From Octopus sinensis (lineage: Eukaryota): a stretch of DNA of 64,000 nucleotides. Both the position numbers and the translations under genes were made by a program. The stretch spans positions 52,762,001-52,826,000 of the forward strand of contig NC_043001.1 of the NCBI RefSeq assembly GCF_006345805.1, written 5' to 3'. Numbering within the stretch: the first letter of the stretch is position 1; each line of letters opens with the position of its first letter. Shown here in pieces: positions 40,690-54,329 of this stretch. Under the pieces are notes generated by a model. The model was not told the DNA's origin. It worked only from the letters and a program-made list of their open reading frames with translations, and did not search any database.

Positions 40690-40960
40690 AAAATACTGAT
40701 AGTGTAGTCATACCTAATAATCAACTCGCGACTTTGTGGACGTTGAAAGAGCAGATACATTCCGCCCTTAAGTAAGAGGTCTGAAAATAATGATTTTGTC
40801 TGGTATAACGTTCTCTTCAACTGTGTCATATCCATAAATATGTATAAGACACTTTTGGCAGTTTTAGAAAAAAAACTTCGCTGCTTCCTATAGATATAAT
40901 AGAATATTATCCCGTAAGACAGAATCTTGCATTCTATCCTCCCCAATATAGGTACCATCA
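40690..40960 (-). mobile_element. Possible PLE GIY-YIG 3' remnant
   Basis: Minus peptide GTYIGEDR and a downstream IIIFRP motif; weak. Confidence 0.3.
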
Positions 40961-40999
40961 ATGCCTGGTTAAATAGAAAGAATATAAAATCGGCAAGAC

Positions 41000-41255
41000 G
41001 GGTTAAACCCCTACAATGAGAATATTATTAATGGTGATGTAGGAATTAACAAAAACAGTACTGAAACATCTAATATGCATAATATAGACTGTAACTCCGA
41101 CGTTTATTCAATCATAGGTATTACTGACGCAATGCCTGTTGATGCTGAGATGAATTTGAATGATACTACAGTTAAAGGAAGTATAAAAAATAATAAAAAT
41201 AAAAATAACACAGACGATAGTAGTAGTAGGAATAATAATAATGATGATGATGATA

Positions 41256-41308
<53 letters not shown>

Positions 41309-44300
41309 TATAATAATAATAATAACAATAAAACAATCAGGAAAATGATGTCGAAACAGAATTTGAAGACCACAGAAAATCTATCATTGAAATGAAGCAG
41401 GAAGTTCTGAACGAGCTTATAGTTGTAGGACATACAAATATGAATGATAGGGAACCACTCCATAAACTCTCTGATACACAGCAACATAAAACACGAATTA
41501 AAATTGGCACCTGCGTTACACAAGAAATCATGCAACAACTAAAACCAGATCTTAATAATTTAAATGAAATTATTTACTCTGTTTCTAAGGTAATCGAAAG
41601 ACGCTGTTTAACACCCCAAAAAGCCAAAAATACCAAATTCGAAAAGAAAATCAAACTGGAGCAGTAGAATTGAAACTGAGATTGAATTATTGCGAAGGGA
41701 GATATCAATATTAACTAAGCTAATCTCTGGAAATGGTATAAGATCAAGAAAAGGCAGGAAGATTGTGAGAAAATATGGACTCTCAACAAGAGAAGAACTA
41801 ACGTCAGCGAAAGAAACACTTAAAAAAAATTCAAGCAAAAGCTCAGAGAATAGCAGATTTGAGAAAAGAATCAAATACTACAAGCCAAATAAAATGTTCA
41901 AATCCAATGCCAAATCATTTTACAGGGAAATAGGGAGAGAAAAAATAACCATTGAAAATCCACCGCTAATGGAAGAAGTTCAAAAATTTTGGATGGGGAT
42001 CTGGAGTGATGAGAAACTATACAATGAAAATGCAGACTGGATCAAACGCACCCAAGATGCCTAAAAAATCTACAAGAACAGGTATGGGAAGACATCTCAA
42101 TCGCCAACCTAGGGAGGGCACGAATGCCCATAAGTAGAAATCCCCTGGTATTGATACAGTACCAAATTTTTTATTCTCGTCCGCACACAAAATGTTAGTA
42201 ATACTATTTAATACTATTATGAAAGACCCGGAAAAAACTCCCTATTGGATGGCAAATGGTAGTACTTACTCCCCCCCCCAAAAAAAAAACGAAACCAAAG
42301 ACCCCAAAAACCACCGGCCTATAACATGTTTGTCTATAAGATTTTGACATCTTTTCTAGTGGAGAAAACACGTTTATACGTTTATGGAAGAGAATAACCT
42401 CTTTCCCACTGAACAAAAAGGATGCAGACGAGGCTCATACGGATGCAAAGATCAGCACCTAATTAATTGCATGATCCTTGAGAACTGCCATAACAAGCGC
42501 AGAAATCTCAGTTCTTCATGGATTGATTATAAAAAGGCCATTGACAGCATACTACATTCGTGGATTCTGAAATCGCTGGACATTTTCAAAATTTCGACTT
42601 TGATTTCAGATTTTTTAAAGTATAATATGTCACTATGGAACACGAAGCACCCATTATATCATTCTAATTGAGTATTGCGCTCAAACAATTTTAGCATAAA
42701 CTGTGGAATTTTCCAAGGTGACTCACTTTCGCCACTAATTTTCTGCAGAGCACTAATACCACTCTCAAGTAAACTGAATAGATCATACTTTGACTACAAA
42801 ATTGACAACAGGAAAATAAGCCATCTATTTTATATGGATGACTTAAAACTATATGGCAAAAATGATGAAGAGCTTGAAGGAATACTACATACCGTGAAAG
42901 GATTCAGTGATGATATCGGGATGTAGTTTGGCCTTGAAAAGTGTGCCAAAGCCACTTTTAAGAAAGGTAAGTTGGTAAAGTCAAGTTCAACCGAATTAAA
43001 TGTCGAAACAGTTATAAAGGAACTGGAGCAGGAAGAAACTTATAAATACCTAGGAATGAATGAAGGCTCTGGTATCCCGTATGCAAGCATGAAAGAGAAA
43101 GTTAGGAATAGTTCGTGCAGTCCTGAAATCTGAGCTGAATGCATATAATAAGTTGTTAGCCATAAATTCCTTAGCAGTCCCATTTGTTCTTTATGCACCA
43201 TCGCATCGAAAGGCAGACATGGATCGTATTTACATTTCCAGTGCTCGGGGCAGTCGAGGCTTGGTCCAGCTTGAACTTACGTACAAAACCACCACAATCA
43301 GACTGGCCAAATGCCTTAAAACAACCAACGATTGCATGAAAGACCGTAAAACTTCACTCTATTCTGAAATAGAGCAAAACATTCGCTTCTGATCTTTTAG
43401 TTACCTACCAGACTGATCAGGTTGAAGGAAATGCGCCAACCGCTGCTGCAAAGAAAATAAAATTAATTGCAAAGACAAAAGCACATGAAAAATTAGCTAG
43501 CAGATGGGAAGAGAAACCTCTGCATGGTAAGTATGTGGCCCGTAGCAAACGAGCTGATGTGGATCAGAAACACACGCATCAATGATTACGAAGCTCAGGG
43601 CTAAAAGCAGATAGTGAAGGTTTCATATTAGCTGCTCAAGACCAAAGCTTATTAACCCGGAACTACCAAGCCAATGTGATCAAAAATGGAGCTGACCCAA
43701 AATGCCGATTCTGTAACGATGGGACTGAAACTCTAGACTACCTAATCTTGGTGTGTAGAATCTTAGCACCTGTAGAATATAAAGCAAGGCATGACAGAAT
43801 CGACCAGTATTTACAGTGAACAATATGTCAGCATTATAAAATCAAAACTGCTGACAAAAGGCATAAACACCATCCTGAAGCTGTGACTGTGGGAGAAAAT
43901 GTGTCGATTCTCTGGGACTTCTCCGTTTATACCGACAAAACTATAAAAGCTAATAAACCGGATATTAATATAACAAATCTGACAAAAAGTGTGTTTATTA
44001 AGTGACATGAGTATTCATTGCGATCACAATACAGCGACGAAAGAATTTGACAAGGTCAGTAAATATAAAGCCTTGCTAATAGAAATTGAAGAAATGTGGC
44101 ATCTCAAGGCGACTACAGTACCAGTGTTTGTATGATCTCTAGTAATACTCTTTTACTCTTTTATTTGTTTCAGTCATTTGACTATGGCCATGCTGGAGCA
44201 CCGCCTTTAGTCGCGCAAGTCACCCCCAGGACTTATTCTTTGGAAGCCTAGTACTAATTCGATCGGTCTCTTTTGCCAAGCCGCTAAGTTACGGGGTTGT

Positions 44301-44642
44301 AAACGCACAAGCTTCGGTTGTCAAGCGATGTTGGGGGGACAAACACAGACACACAAACATATACACACATATATATATATATACATATATACGACGGGCT
44401 TCTTTCAGTTTCCGTCTACCAAATCCACTCACAAGACTTTGGTCGGCCAGAGGCTGCAATAGAAGAGACTTGCCCAAGGTGCCACGCAAGCAACTTACCA
44501 CACAGTCACTCCTACGCATATGATAAAAGAAGGTACTGAAACCTATTTGAAAATGATACCAGGCTTACCATCCCTACAGGAAGTGCGAAAAATCTTATTA
44601 ACTAGAACAACCCATGAACTGAGAAGAGCATTATTGCTGTGA
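41000..44642 (+). mobile_element. Near-full-length, decayed R4/Dong-clade LINE (RT + CCHC + RLE), interrupted by a SINE
   Basis: EQKGCRRGSYGCKDQ, WIDYKKAIDSI, GIFQGDSLSPL, HLFYMDDLKLY, CRFCND..ETLDYLI..C, NKPDI, EIEEMWHLK; continues after the SINE as IKEGTETYLKMIPGLPSLQEVRKILL to a stop at 44642. Multiple stops and frameshifts. Confidence 0.9.
44145..44518 (-). mobile_element. SINE family A nested in the R4 LINE
   Basis: LINE sequence ctagtaat|...|atgataaaagaagg rejoins in register across the insertion. Confidence 0.9.
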
Positions 44643-44839
44643 AAACAACATTCATGAATTTATTAATTCATTAATTTTTAAATACATATTTTACTTGTGA
44701 ATTTTCGTGTGTAATCTGGGAATGCATACAATGAGCTTCTCTATCTTAAGTGTACAGAAAACACTGGGCGAGAAATGGAAAAAACTTTGAAGAAAAAAGG
44801 AAAAAACAACAACAACAATAATAATAACAGGAATATTGA

Positions 44840-45130
44840 TAATATTAATAGTAGTAATGTTCCTGGGTGCAATTGTAGAGTTAAAACCCACTCTCCGTTA
44901 ATAAGCCGATGTCTAGTCCAAAACGTAATTTATAAATGTACAATCATAGTTGAGGATGGTAACTTTATACATATAGGATGTTCAATGAATATAAAAAACA
45001 TTTCAATAACCATTTTTCATCTTTTAGGCTCAAACATAAAATCAATTGTACGTCCTTACCTAGCAAGATTTGTGAATTGAATGAAAGCGGGATAGAATTT
45101 AGCCTTAAATGGGATATAATACGGACTAAA
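44840..45130 (+). mobile_element. Penelope GIY-YIG endonuclease remnant
   Basis: GCNCRVKTHSPLISRCLVQNVIYKCTI...FIHIG and HFNNHFSSFRLKHKINCTSLPSKICEL...KWDII. Confidence 0.85.
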
Positions 45131-45169
45131 AGTGACCGTGTGGTGCGAAATGACGTGAGACCATGAATA

Positions 45170-45700
45170 CGGACTGCTATCTTCAGATACTCGAAAATTA
45201 CATTTGGTCAACAGTACCTAGCCGGGATAACATTGGTGACTTAATATTCATGCAGGATGGTGCACGACACCATTTTGCTCTTATTGTGCATGCGTGGTAA
45301 GACCAACGTATTCCCGGATGTTGGATAGGACGGCGCGGACCTCATAAATGGCCTCTAACAAGTCCAGATTCCGTTCCAAGTAATTTTTGCCTGTGGAGTT
45401 ACACAAAAGAGCTGTACAAGACAAAACATCGTACACCGTACGACTTGGAAATACGGATTCAGAAGGTTCTCAGTAATATTCCAGATGCCGTCCTTCGAAA
45501 GATTGTTCATTTCATCCGTGGCCGTTTGAAGAGACTGGTTGATGCCACCGGTGTTTACGATGAAATACGAAGACTTACTTGGATATTTACATTCATTTTC
45601 CTATGTAATGAGGAACATATAATTTGTTTCAATAAATTTGTAAAAGGGATATGGATTTTATTACCAATTTTTAATGCCTACTTAAGTTTCACCCACCTTG
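45170..45700 (+). mobile_element. Tc1/mariner-superfamily transposase 3' half
   Basis: FMQDGARHHFALIVHAW, WIGRRGPHKWPLTSPDSVPSNFCLW and LRKIVHFIRGRLKRLVDATG; TIR-like cttaagtttcacccacc at ~45681-45697. Confidence 0.85.
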
Positions 45701-45734
<34 letters not shown>

Positions 45735-45829
45735 TTGGGGTGAGTGAGTGATTTATCTGTGGTAAGAAATCTCGTGTAAGTATGATGTTGGCCGTTAGTG
45801 CACACGAATAACTACATTTAACGAGAGAG

Positions 45830-45960
45830 GAGTTGGCATACGCGCCTGTCGGTGACGAGCAGATTTTGCCTCTTTTCGACAAACATTGTGCTTACAAACA
45901 GAGCAGAACCGTGTGAGACGTTATCTCCGGGCCGTTGCGGCAGAATATTTGCCTTCCAAT
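45830..45960 (-). mobile_element. piggyBac C-terminal Cys-rich domain remnant
   Basis: Minus peptide RFCSVCKHNVCRKE preceded by a CK-like segment. Confidence 0.4.
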
Positions 45961-46791
45961 GATGTACATATATTAATAATGATTGATGAATATATTTGTA
46001 TATCTACGTGTGTGTTTAAGTATGTGTATGTGTGCGCGTGTGCATGTGTGTATGTGACTGTGTGCGTGCGTGATAGTGTGCGTGTTTGTAATTATGCATA
46101 AAAAGCTGAAATACGAATTCGAATGAATTTTCTCTCTAAAAAATCTCTTATATCTCATAATTCCCATCCTATAGGACCTTATGTAAATGATTTATTCAAT
46201 CCTATTCTGCATGTGTGTTATTTATTTATGTCACCAGTTAATCTATATAGCATTCCTTTTTCATGAAAATAAATTTCGTGGAGTTTCATCAATTTGTATA
46301 CATTCTGGATATAAAAATAATTGAATGAAAATGTTATCTTATAGGAATACATTTAAAATACAATTTTTTTTTTCATATTCCATTTCTAAATTTTTTTAGT
46401 GCTGTATTTCCATATATGAAGATCGGATTATGAATTATGTTCATGTCAATAGATTGAGAATAAAATAATCAATGACTCGTTTCCTGCAAATTAAGCGGGA
46501 ATGCACCCCAGCAGGAATACGATTTAGATGTTTTCAAATATAGTAATAAAATCCATTGCTCAAAACATGATTAATAAATTCCAAATTTATTTGAATGTGA
46601 ATTTCTTTCTAAACACTCATATCAATATAATTCTAACAAATGACATTTAGATCCAAGTATAATATATTTCTAGAATAAAAAACGAAACGTTTGCTTATAT
46701 GAGACTCAATTTCTCACTGTGTGTGTGTGTGTATATATATATATGTATGTATGTATCTACATATATTTATGTATATATATATAAATGTGTG

Positions 46792-46840
<49 letters not shown>

Positions 46841-46849
46841 ATATATATG

Positions 46850-46879
<30 letters not shown>

Positions 46880-46885
<6 letters not shown>

Positions 46886-47070
46886 ACCGTGATCACCGTG
46901 ACCGACCAGGCTATCAGATATTGCTAAGCATCGCTGGTCACAATGCGCTTCGCATTCTTTTAGCCTTCAAATGACGCCACCCCGCAGGCTAAGCGAGCAG
47001 GCCAACAGAAGAAAGAATGAGAGAAAGTTGTGGCGAAAGAGTACGGTAGGGATCGACCACCATACTATGC
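46880..47070 (-). mobile_element. SINE family C body fragment
   Basis: Near-identical to 36005-36180 (gaccgaccaggcta...cgctggtcacaatgcg...ctaagcgagcaggc). Confidence 0.85.
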
Positions 47071-47089
47071 CCCTGCTCTCTCCTTTTGG

Positions 47090-47626
47090 CTACTAAATCC
47101 ATTACCATATTTCACAAGTACCATCGCCATACAATATTGCCTTCAAAAGTTTGTGTTTAGATAATATTTTTTAAGTAAAAGTTGTGCAGCAACTATAACA
47201 TTCGGTTGTGCAAATTATTTGCACGGGAAACCTTCCCTGTGTGGTGTGTTTCCCGATTTTGTAGAATTTGCTTTCGGGCTTTCTTAGCCATTTCTGTTTT
47301 GGTGTCTTCAAGCCATGAAGTCGTTGTTCTAAAAGAACGCTGGTCTCCTTGACAACGCTTTACGACGTTGATTTCCTTACACTCCCTTCCCCACAGCTGC
47401 ACGAGGGAGGGAAAAAATATGCGTTAAAATGGAAAAAAATTATGGTAAATTTTTTTTAAATCGTAGACTCATCGTAGACGCGCGCTAATACCCATACGGG
47501 CTCGATATGAATCACGACTATGAGATACCCGGTTTTGGTTAAACTGCACCGCAAAATGTGGGAGTAGTTAGGAATCTAAATCGCAGGAGACAGACACTCA
47601 CACAACTTCACTTTTATATATATAGA
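47090..47626 (-). mobile_element. Probable non-autonomous Helitron 5' portion
   Basis: Minus strand begins A|TCTATATATATAAAAGTGAAGTTGTGTG, a Helitron-like TC 5' end after an A; 3' CTRR end and hairpin not seen. Confidence 0.45.
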
Positions 47627-47634
47627 TATATTAT

Positions 47635-48024
47635 TTGTTTTAGTCACTTGACTGCAGCCATCCTGGAGCACCACCTTTAGTCGTGCAAGTCACACCCAGG
47701 ACTTATACTTTATATCTCTAGTACTTATTCTACCGGTCTCTCATGCCGAACCGCTAAATTACAGGGACGTAAACACACCAGCATCGGTTGTCAAGCGATG
47801 TTGGGGCGAGAAACAGACACAGTAACACACATATCTATATGCATATATATATATACATATATACGACGGGCGTCTTTCGGTTTCTGTCTACCAAATCCAC
47901 CCACAAGGCTCCGGTCGGCCCGAAGCTATAGTAGAAGACAGCTGCCCAACGTGCCACGCAGTTGGAATGAACCCGGAATCATGTGGTTTGTAAGAAAGCT
48001 ACTTGCATCATAGCCCCTCCTGCA

Positions 48025-48027
<3 letters not shown>
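47635..48027 (-). mobile_element. SINE family A (older copy)
   Basis: Aligns with the other family A copies, with more substitutions. Confidence 0.85.
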
Positions 48028-48107
<80 letters not shown>

Positions 48108-48159
48108 TTTTTTGTGTGTTTGTTTGAGTGTTTGTGTGTGTGACCGCGTGTATATCTTT

Positions 48160-48345
48160 GGCGATTTTCATCCCTCCCTCTTTCCTTCCTTGGATCTTTC
48201 CTTTTTCTATGTTTCTGAAGAAGATCTCCGCTTAAAGCGTTAAATCTTCCTTCTTTCTTTCCTTTTATGAGCGTTCAATAACACTATAGTTGTTCCACGT
48301 CCTCGCGTTGTTGTTTTCTCTTTGTCCCTTCATGTTTGGATTAAC
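48160..48345 (+). repeat. PLE pseudo-LTR-like fragment with a decayed hammerhead-like core
   Basis: tttctgaagaagatctccgcttaaagcgtt resembles CTGAAGA..stem..GAAAC with several substitutions. Confidence 0.35.
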
Positions 48346-49188
48346 TCTCTCTCTCTCTTTCTCTCTCTCTCTCCCTCTTTCTCTCTGTATGTATAATCAA
48401 TTTAGAGGCTACTATTAATAACATGAATTAAACTATAATATCTAATAAGAAGTAAGCTTTTCGTTTATGATTAGAAGTAAGGTTTTCTATATCTGGTATC
48501 CCCGATCATGTGTAAGCTACATTATACCATGTCGATGAGGTGTAGACTCACTACAACATTCTTATCGTTAGAGAACCAAATGCGTGGCAATTGTACAGTT
48601 TTGTGTTTTACATAAATGTTAACGAAACTGTGGAATTAACCTTAATATGTTGTTAGATATAATTTATCATGGGCATTAAAAAAAGTTATAACCTACTCAT
48701 CGTGAATGATAAAATTTAATCTTGGTGAGGTATAAAGATAGTGCATAACGACACATAAATGAATACTCCGGAGAATTCTGTCCCACATTCAAACCGCCTT
48801 GTCACACATTCGTGTTAACAAAATGCTTAATACTTATTTGAAAAGACACACAATTTTGTAAGGGATGGATACAGTAGATGAAACTCAGCGGAGTAAATTA
48901 CAGTTACTTATTTTATGGTTCTATCCTCTTTAAAATTGAACTAATATCATGAAAGTTGCAACTATATAGCTGATAGCCCTTCTACTGATTTTTTTACGTA
49001 TGTTGCAGCATAGAAACAGCAACATTTGCTGTTTCATATGACATTAAAACATTTGGAGGATTGTGAAAGTGATATTTGATTTCCAATCATTTTTATATAA
49101 GATATCTCTACTGACAAAGTGCGCAAAGGTTAAACGAGATTCTCACAATTTCAATGGCTGAATATACATACATACATGCATACATACA

Positions 49189-49288
<100 letters not shown>

Positions 49289-49348
49289 CATATACGTTTA
49301 AATATTTGTTGTGCAAGATTTTTTATGTGAAGTCGTGTGTTGAAACAG

Positions 49349-49566
49349 ATATTGTTGTATTTAGGAATGGTCATTTTGCCAGTTTGCCAATAAAAACACA
49401 CGCACTATATATTGGTGTTACTTTGCTTGTGACGAAAGAACTCTGGCCGAAATAAGATTAAGATTAATGTAAAAAATAAATAACACTGAAGCAAAGTAAC
49501 ACCAAATATATAGTGCGTGTGTTTTTATTGGCTAAACTGGCAAAATGACCATTCCTAAATACAACA

Positions 49567-49570
<4 letters not shown>
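49349..49570. repeat. Foldback element (~80-bp near-perfect arms)
   Basis: atattgttgtatttaggaatggtcattttgccagttt-gccaataaaaacacacgcactatat...ttactttgctt / aagcaaagtaacacc...atatagtgcgtgtgtttttattggctaaactggcaaaatgaccattcctaaatacaacaatat. Confidence 0.95.
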
Positions 49571-49625
<55 letters not shown>

Positions 49626-51070
49626 ATATACAAGGATTGTGTTTTATATGTTATAGTACTTGATTAATGTGCTAAATTAACTCAAAGGCTACACCTGATC
49701 GGCGCTCCATTGCTTTTTACTCTGTGGTGGTGAACATTTTAAGTGAGAGTTATCAATATATGTGATTATAATCAAAAAGTACAGGATGTTTTATTCCAAT
49801 AATGGTCGTTGTGTATTGTCACTTACGTAATCTGTCACATTCAACTTGATGACGACACCTCGATATTCTCTTGAATGGGTTGTGTTCCGTAAAACTCTCT
49901 AGAATCGAAGGAACTCTTAACTTTCATTTTGAAACGCTAATTTTGCGCAGAGGTGAACTATACGATACTGACTTATACACATTCTGTTCTGTTGTAGTTT
50001 AAATTTTCTAAATCTGTTGGCTTCCATATCTATATCGCTTGCATTACAAAAAATGAGCAAATCTCTTATCGGGTGAACTGATTTTTTTTCTGAAGAATTA
50101 TTTCACGAGTACAATTTTAAATTTCTGTGTTACTGATCATGCATTTGGTGAATAAAAACGAAAACACATACCCTTTTATATGTAGCTGCTTTTTTTTTAT
50201 CTTATAGGGTCATTTATATGAAAATACGCTGAATGGATCGCACCCCCAAGTAAGCACAAACACTTACATGGCGTCAATATCCAGTGTATTGAAATCAATA
50301 AGGATTATTATAAATATTCTCTTAATTCAGTACTACTCTCCAAGAAACTTAATACTTCCACAAATAAAATACGAAATAATCGATTGGGACAATTCTGCAT
50401 GTGGTTTGAAATTTTAAGTACACGTCTCGTAAGGTAAAAGCTAAAAGATGAGTTGTAAAATTTGCTGTGTGATTAAATCTCAGTCATACAATATTTTCCG
50501 TCAAAAAAATTCATATTAAAATGTTTAAAATAACAATAAATAGATAAGCAAACAACAACAAAAAAATTTAAACTATAGTAGGAGCTAATTTTAAAAAATC
50601 CAATGTTCAAATGAATCTTTTGATACTAAAATATATTTCTGCTTGACGAAAACTTAATATTATATAAAATTAGATAAGATAAATTTATATACAAATTACT
50701 TTGGTCAGGAATAATCTAATTAATTAGATAATAATCCGAACGCTTCCCACGTTTTATTGAAGACATTTCTATTCTTGTTTATTATCTCTTAGCCTACTGA
50801 ATGTGAGCAATATCGTCTCCAGTTTCTGTTTCTAAATTGGGTATCACTATTTTTATTGGAATATCTATTGGTTAACGTTGATAGTACGTTATCGATGAAA
50901 TTGTAGCACATGATTGCGTGTCGTCTTTTATGATCATACACATTTATAGGCATCACGGTTGAGCAAGCTAAACATATACGCTATAAATACAGATTAATAA
51001 TCATGTTCAATCGTATTTGCTCAAGTTCTAGAATGATTACAAAATAAGTTTATATAAATATATACACACA

Positions 51071-51106
<36 letters not shown>

Positions 51107-51108
51107 TA

Positions 51109-51155
<47 letters not shown>

Positions 51156-52159
51156 CATGTACGCGTGTATCTCTGCATTTATGTGTGCATATGGGTGCGT
51201 GTGAGTGTGTGTGTGCGAGAGTGTTTGTATTTAAGTGCATTTCATATATGTGTGCATTTATAGGAAATGGAGTCATATAATTCATTACTGATATTTAATT
51301 TACCACATTCTCTTGATAATTGGAGTGCCCTCTTTTTATGCGTCCAGAATTTATGAATTATTCAATGTCTTCATTCAAGAATATTGTTGAGTGTCTAAGC
51401 ATAATATATTATTTATTTTATGAAAAGATACAAGAGACAACTTTAATTTTCAGAAAGACTGGTAATATTGATTAAACAATATTGCACCACTATAAATTCT
51501 TTAAACGTTATTGTGGTAGGAAAATGCTAAGCTTTCTCATAGAGAATGACTTCGCGTTTCAGCAAAATTATTGAGTCAAGCGACCTCTTTCGAGAATGTA
51601 TCCATATTGATTTGATGCAAGTTTTTATTTAAGGAGTCACAATGATCTACACTGTTAGGGACAAAATAGAAGACTAAATCAGAGGAATATTTTTAATCGG
51701 TACCCAAAAGAGAAATGGGTGTTAATTACTTCAGAGGAAGTAGGTATATTACATTCTTCGAGGTCCTCTCCCTATACCAAGAACGCCTTCTACATTTTAG
51801 GAATCAATGCGCGTAATAATTAACAAATGCAATTTCGTGCACTTAAAATTTGTAATTTTGTTTGTTCTGATCAAATCAACCACGTGCTGCAGTGTTTAAT
51901 ACAGAAGTCCATGATTCTTCTTCGGAAACACATAATTATAATTTGTTTTGTCTGAAGCTTCCCAATAAAATTAATGAACTTTGTATGAGTTATTGACCTT
52001 TGAATGAGTTATTCAGTAGGAATGTAGGTTTTCTTAGGGTTTAACTGATTCTGTTGTTAAGTACGTGAAGTAGAGAATAAAGTTATCTCAAATCCAAAGT
52101 TCAGTGCTTATCCTGATAATATTTTGAAAACTCCTATCCTCAACCTTCTGCAACCTAAA

Positions 52160-52378
52160 GCGGCAAGCTGGCAGAATCGTTAGCATGCTGGACGAAATGC
52201 TTAGTGATATTTCACTCGTCGCTACGTTCCGACTTCAAATTCCGCCTAGGTTGACATTGTCATTCACCCTTTCAGAGTGGGTAAAATAAGTACCAGTGAA
52301 GAACTGGGGTCGATGTTATCAACTAGTCCCCTACCCCCAAATTTCAGGCCTTGTGCCTGTAGTAGGAAAGATTATTTC
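52160..52378 (+). mobile_element. tRNA-derived SINE (family B), full length
   Basis: Head aaagcggcaagctggcagaatcgttagc...ttcaaattccgcc; core aataagtaccagt...ggggtcgat; ends aggaaagattatt. Confidence 0.8.
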
Positions 52379-53339
52379 TACAACCTGTCTACTACAATTC
52401 ATAGCGATAGGCATTTAGCTCGCAAGTTGCCGTTTGTGGTAATATGTATACTGAGGTCAAAAGCCATATATTAGGACGTGCATCAAATGCCTCCGATTCG
52501 AGATAACACTTTTATTTCACTATTATATCGTAGACTGTCTTGAATTTAATTTTGCTTATTTCTTGTTATGAAACTAGATTGTATTGTGCGCGCGTTTTGT
52601 TTGAAATTCCCAAAATCACATGGAATATCAAAGATGTTCTCGCATCCGAATTTTTACCCCGTAAAGAAACAGTGGAAATCTGATATACCGTTGAAAGCAA
52701 ACGAAACTTTCATAAATTACACCCCTAGTCCAGTTTATATTTTGCATCTACTTAGATAAGAGATGATCCTGCAGAGTTTATGAAAGTGACCAATAAAGCA
52801 CTATGGTGTCAATAGCTACATAATGATTGATATGTCTCTACGTTAACGAATTCAGAAAAGCTGTGTTTTCACCATTCAGGGAACATACAATTTGATGCGC
52901 AAGAACATTTCTCTTGGTTAAACAATCAAAATGTTCTGATAAAATATTTATGCACAACAAATCCGCTTCAAATACTCTTGCGAGGATCCTCATAATATAT
53001 TCTTCACATTTGACATTTGCAGTACAAATATTTAATGTTTAATTCCTATCAAGATCCAACAAATGTCACCTAAAACGTATAAATTTTCTCCTTGGAAATT
53101 AGCAAAACATGTATAGACAACGTATAGACAAACATGTATAGACATTTCTATATTTAAGTGATGAGGAATTATGTACATTATTTGCATTATTTGACGGATA
53201 TTTATCCCCATGTTGTTTGTTGTTAACTCACCATTTCGGTTGATATACCCTCCAGCCTTCATAAAATGTCTTGGGGAAATTTCGAACCTGGGTTCTCATT
53301 CATAAGGTATTTTCTATATTATTATTATTATTATTATTA

Positions 53340-54260
53340 TAGAATCGAACTCGGAATCTTGGGGTTAGTAGCCCGCGCTCTTAACCACTACGCCATATGC
53401 CTGCGGGCAACTATGAAATGAATTTTGGGACTTACAAATCTAATATTTTCCTATCCTTCCTTAATACCGGTTCCCATATGCTATTCATATTTGCACTCGG
53501 TCTGCTCAGGAGGTTGTTGTGTCCTAGCATATATGTTGCTTCTTTTAGTTTTCGTATTTTTAACTGGTGTTCTGTGTCTATTATTTTCAGATCATCCCAC
53601 AGGGGTGGGTGTTCTCCATTTTACCATACATGATCAGCTATTCCCGATTTATCAATATCTCCTCGTGTTACAACTTTGCGATGTTCGTGTGCCCTTATTT
53701 TGAGGGGGCAGTATGTTTCGCCTTTGTATAACCTACCACAGCTTCATGGGATGGAGTACACGAAGTTTTTGGTCATATTATCTTCTATTGGTGGTTTTAC
53801 TCGAAGGAGATATTTGCGAAGTGTTGTATTACTCTTAAATACTGTCCTGATGTCATATGGGCCGCATATATTTTGTATTGTTTCGGAGAGGCCTTTCACA
53901 TAGGGTAGACAGATTGTGAACAGTTTATTGGTTTCATCCTCTCTTTTCTTCATAATTGGAGTGGATGTATGTTTTGGGGTAGTGGTTCCTTAATACATTC
54001 TTTCTGAGTTTGATCATTTCTTCGTGGTGGCTATCACGATCGCTATTTATATTCTTTGCTCGACGTTTTAGGCACTGAGCAATCCCTCTCTTTACACTGT
54101 ATGAATGGTGGGAATTGAAGTTGAGGTACCTTCCAGTGAATGTCGGCTTGCAGTATATGGATGTCCTGAATCCATACTTAGTACATGTTATTAATACGTG
54201 CAGGAATGCTAGGATGAAGCCGAAATGTTGTATTAACAACAAAATGAGGACAAATATCCG
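53340..54260 (-). mobile_element. Penelope-like element 3' part (RT thumb + GIY-YIG) abutting a tRNA-like head
   Basis: FRTSIYCKPTFTGRYLNFNSHH, LPYVKGLSETI, NFVYSIPCSCGRLYKGET..LKIRAHEH; a SINE-like head at 53340-53402. Confidence 0.9.
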
Positions 54261-54329
54261 TCAAATGTAAATAATGTAAATAAGTATGTATAGACTAAGT
54301 TTTCGCGGTAAAGAATGTAACCAATTTGT

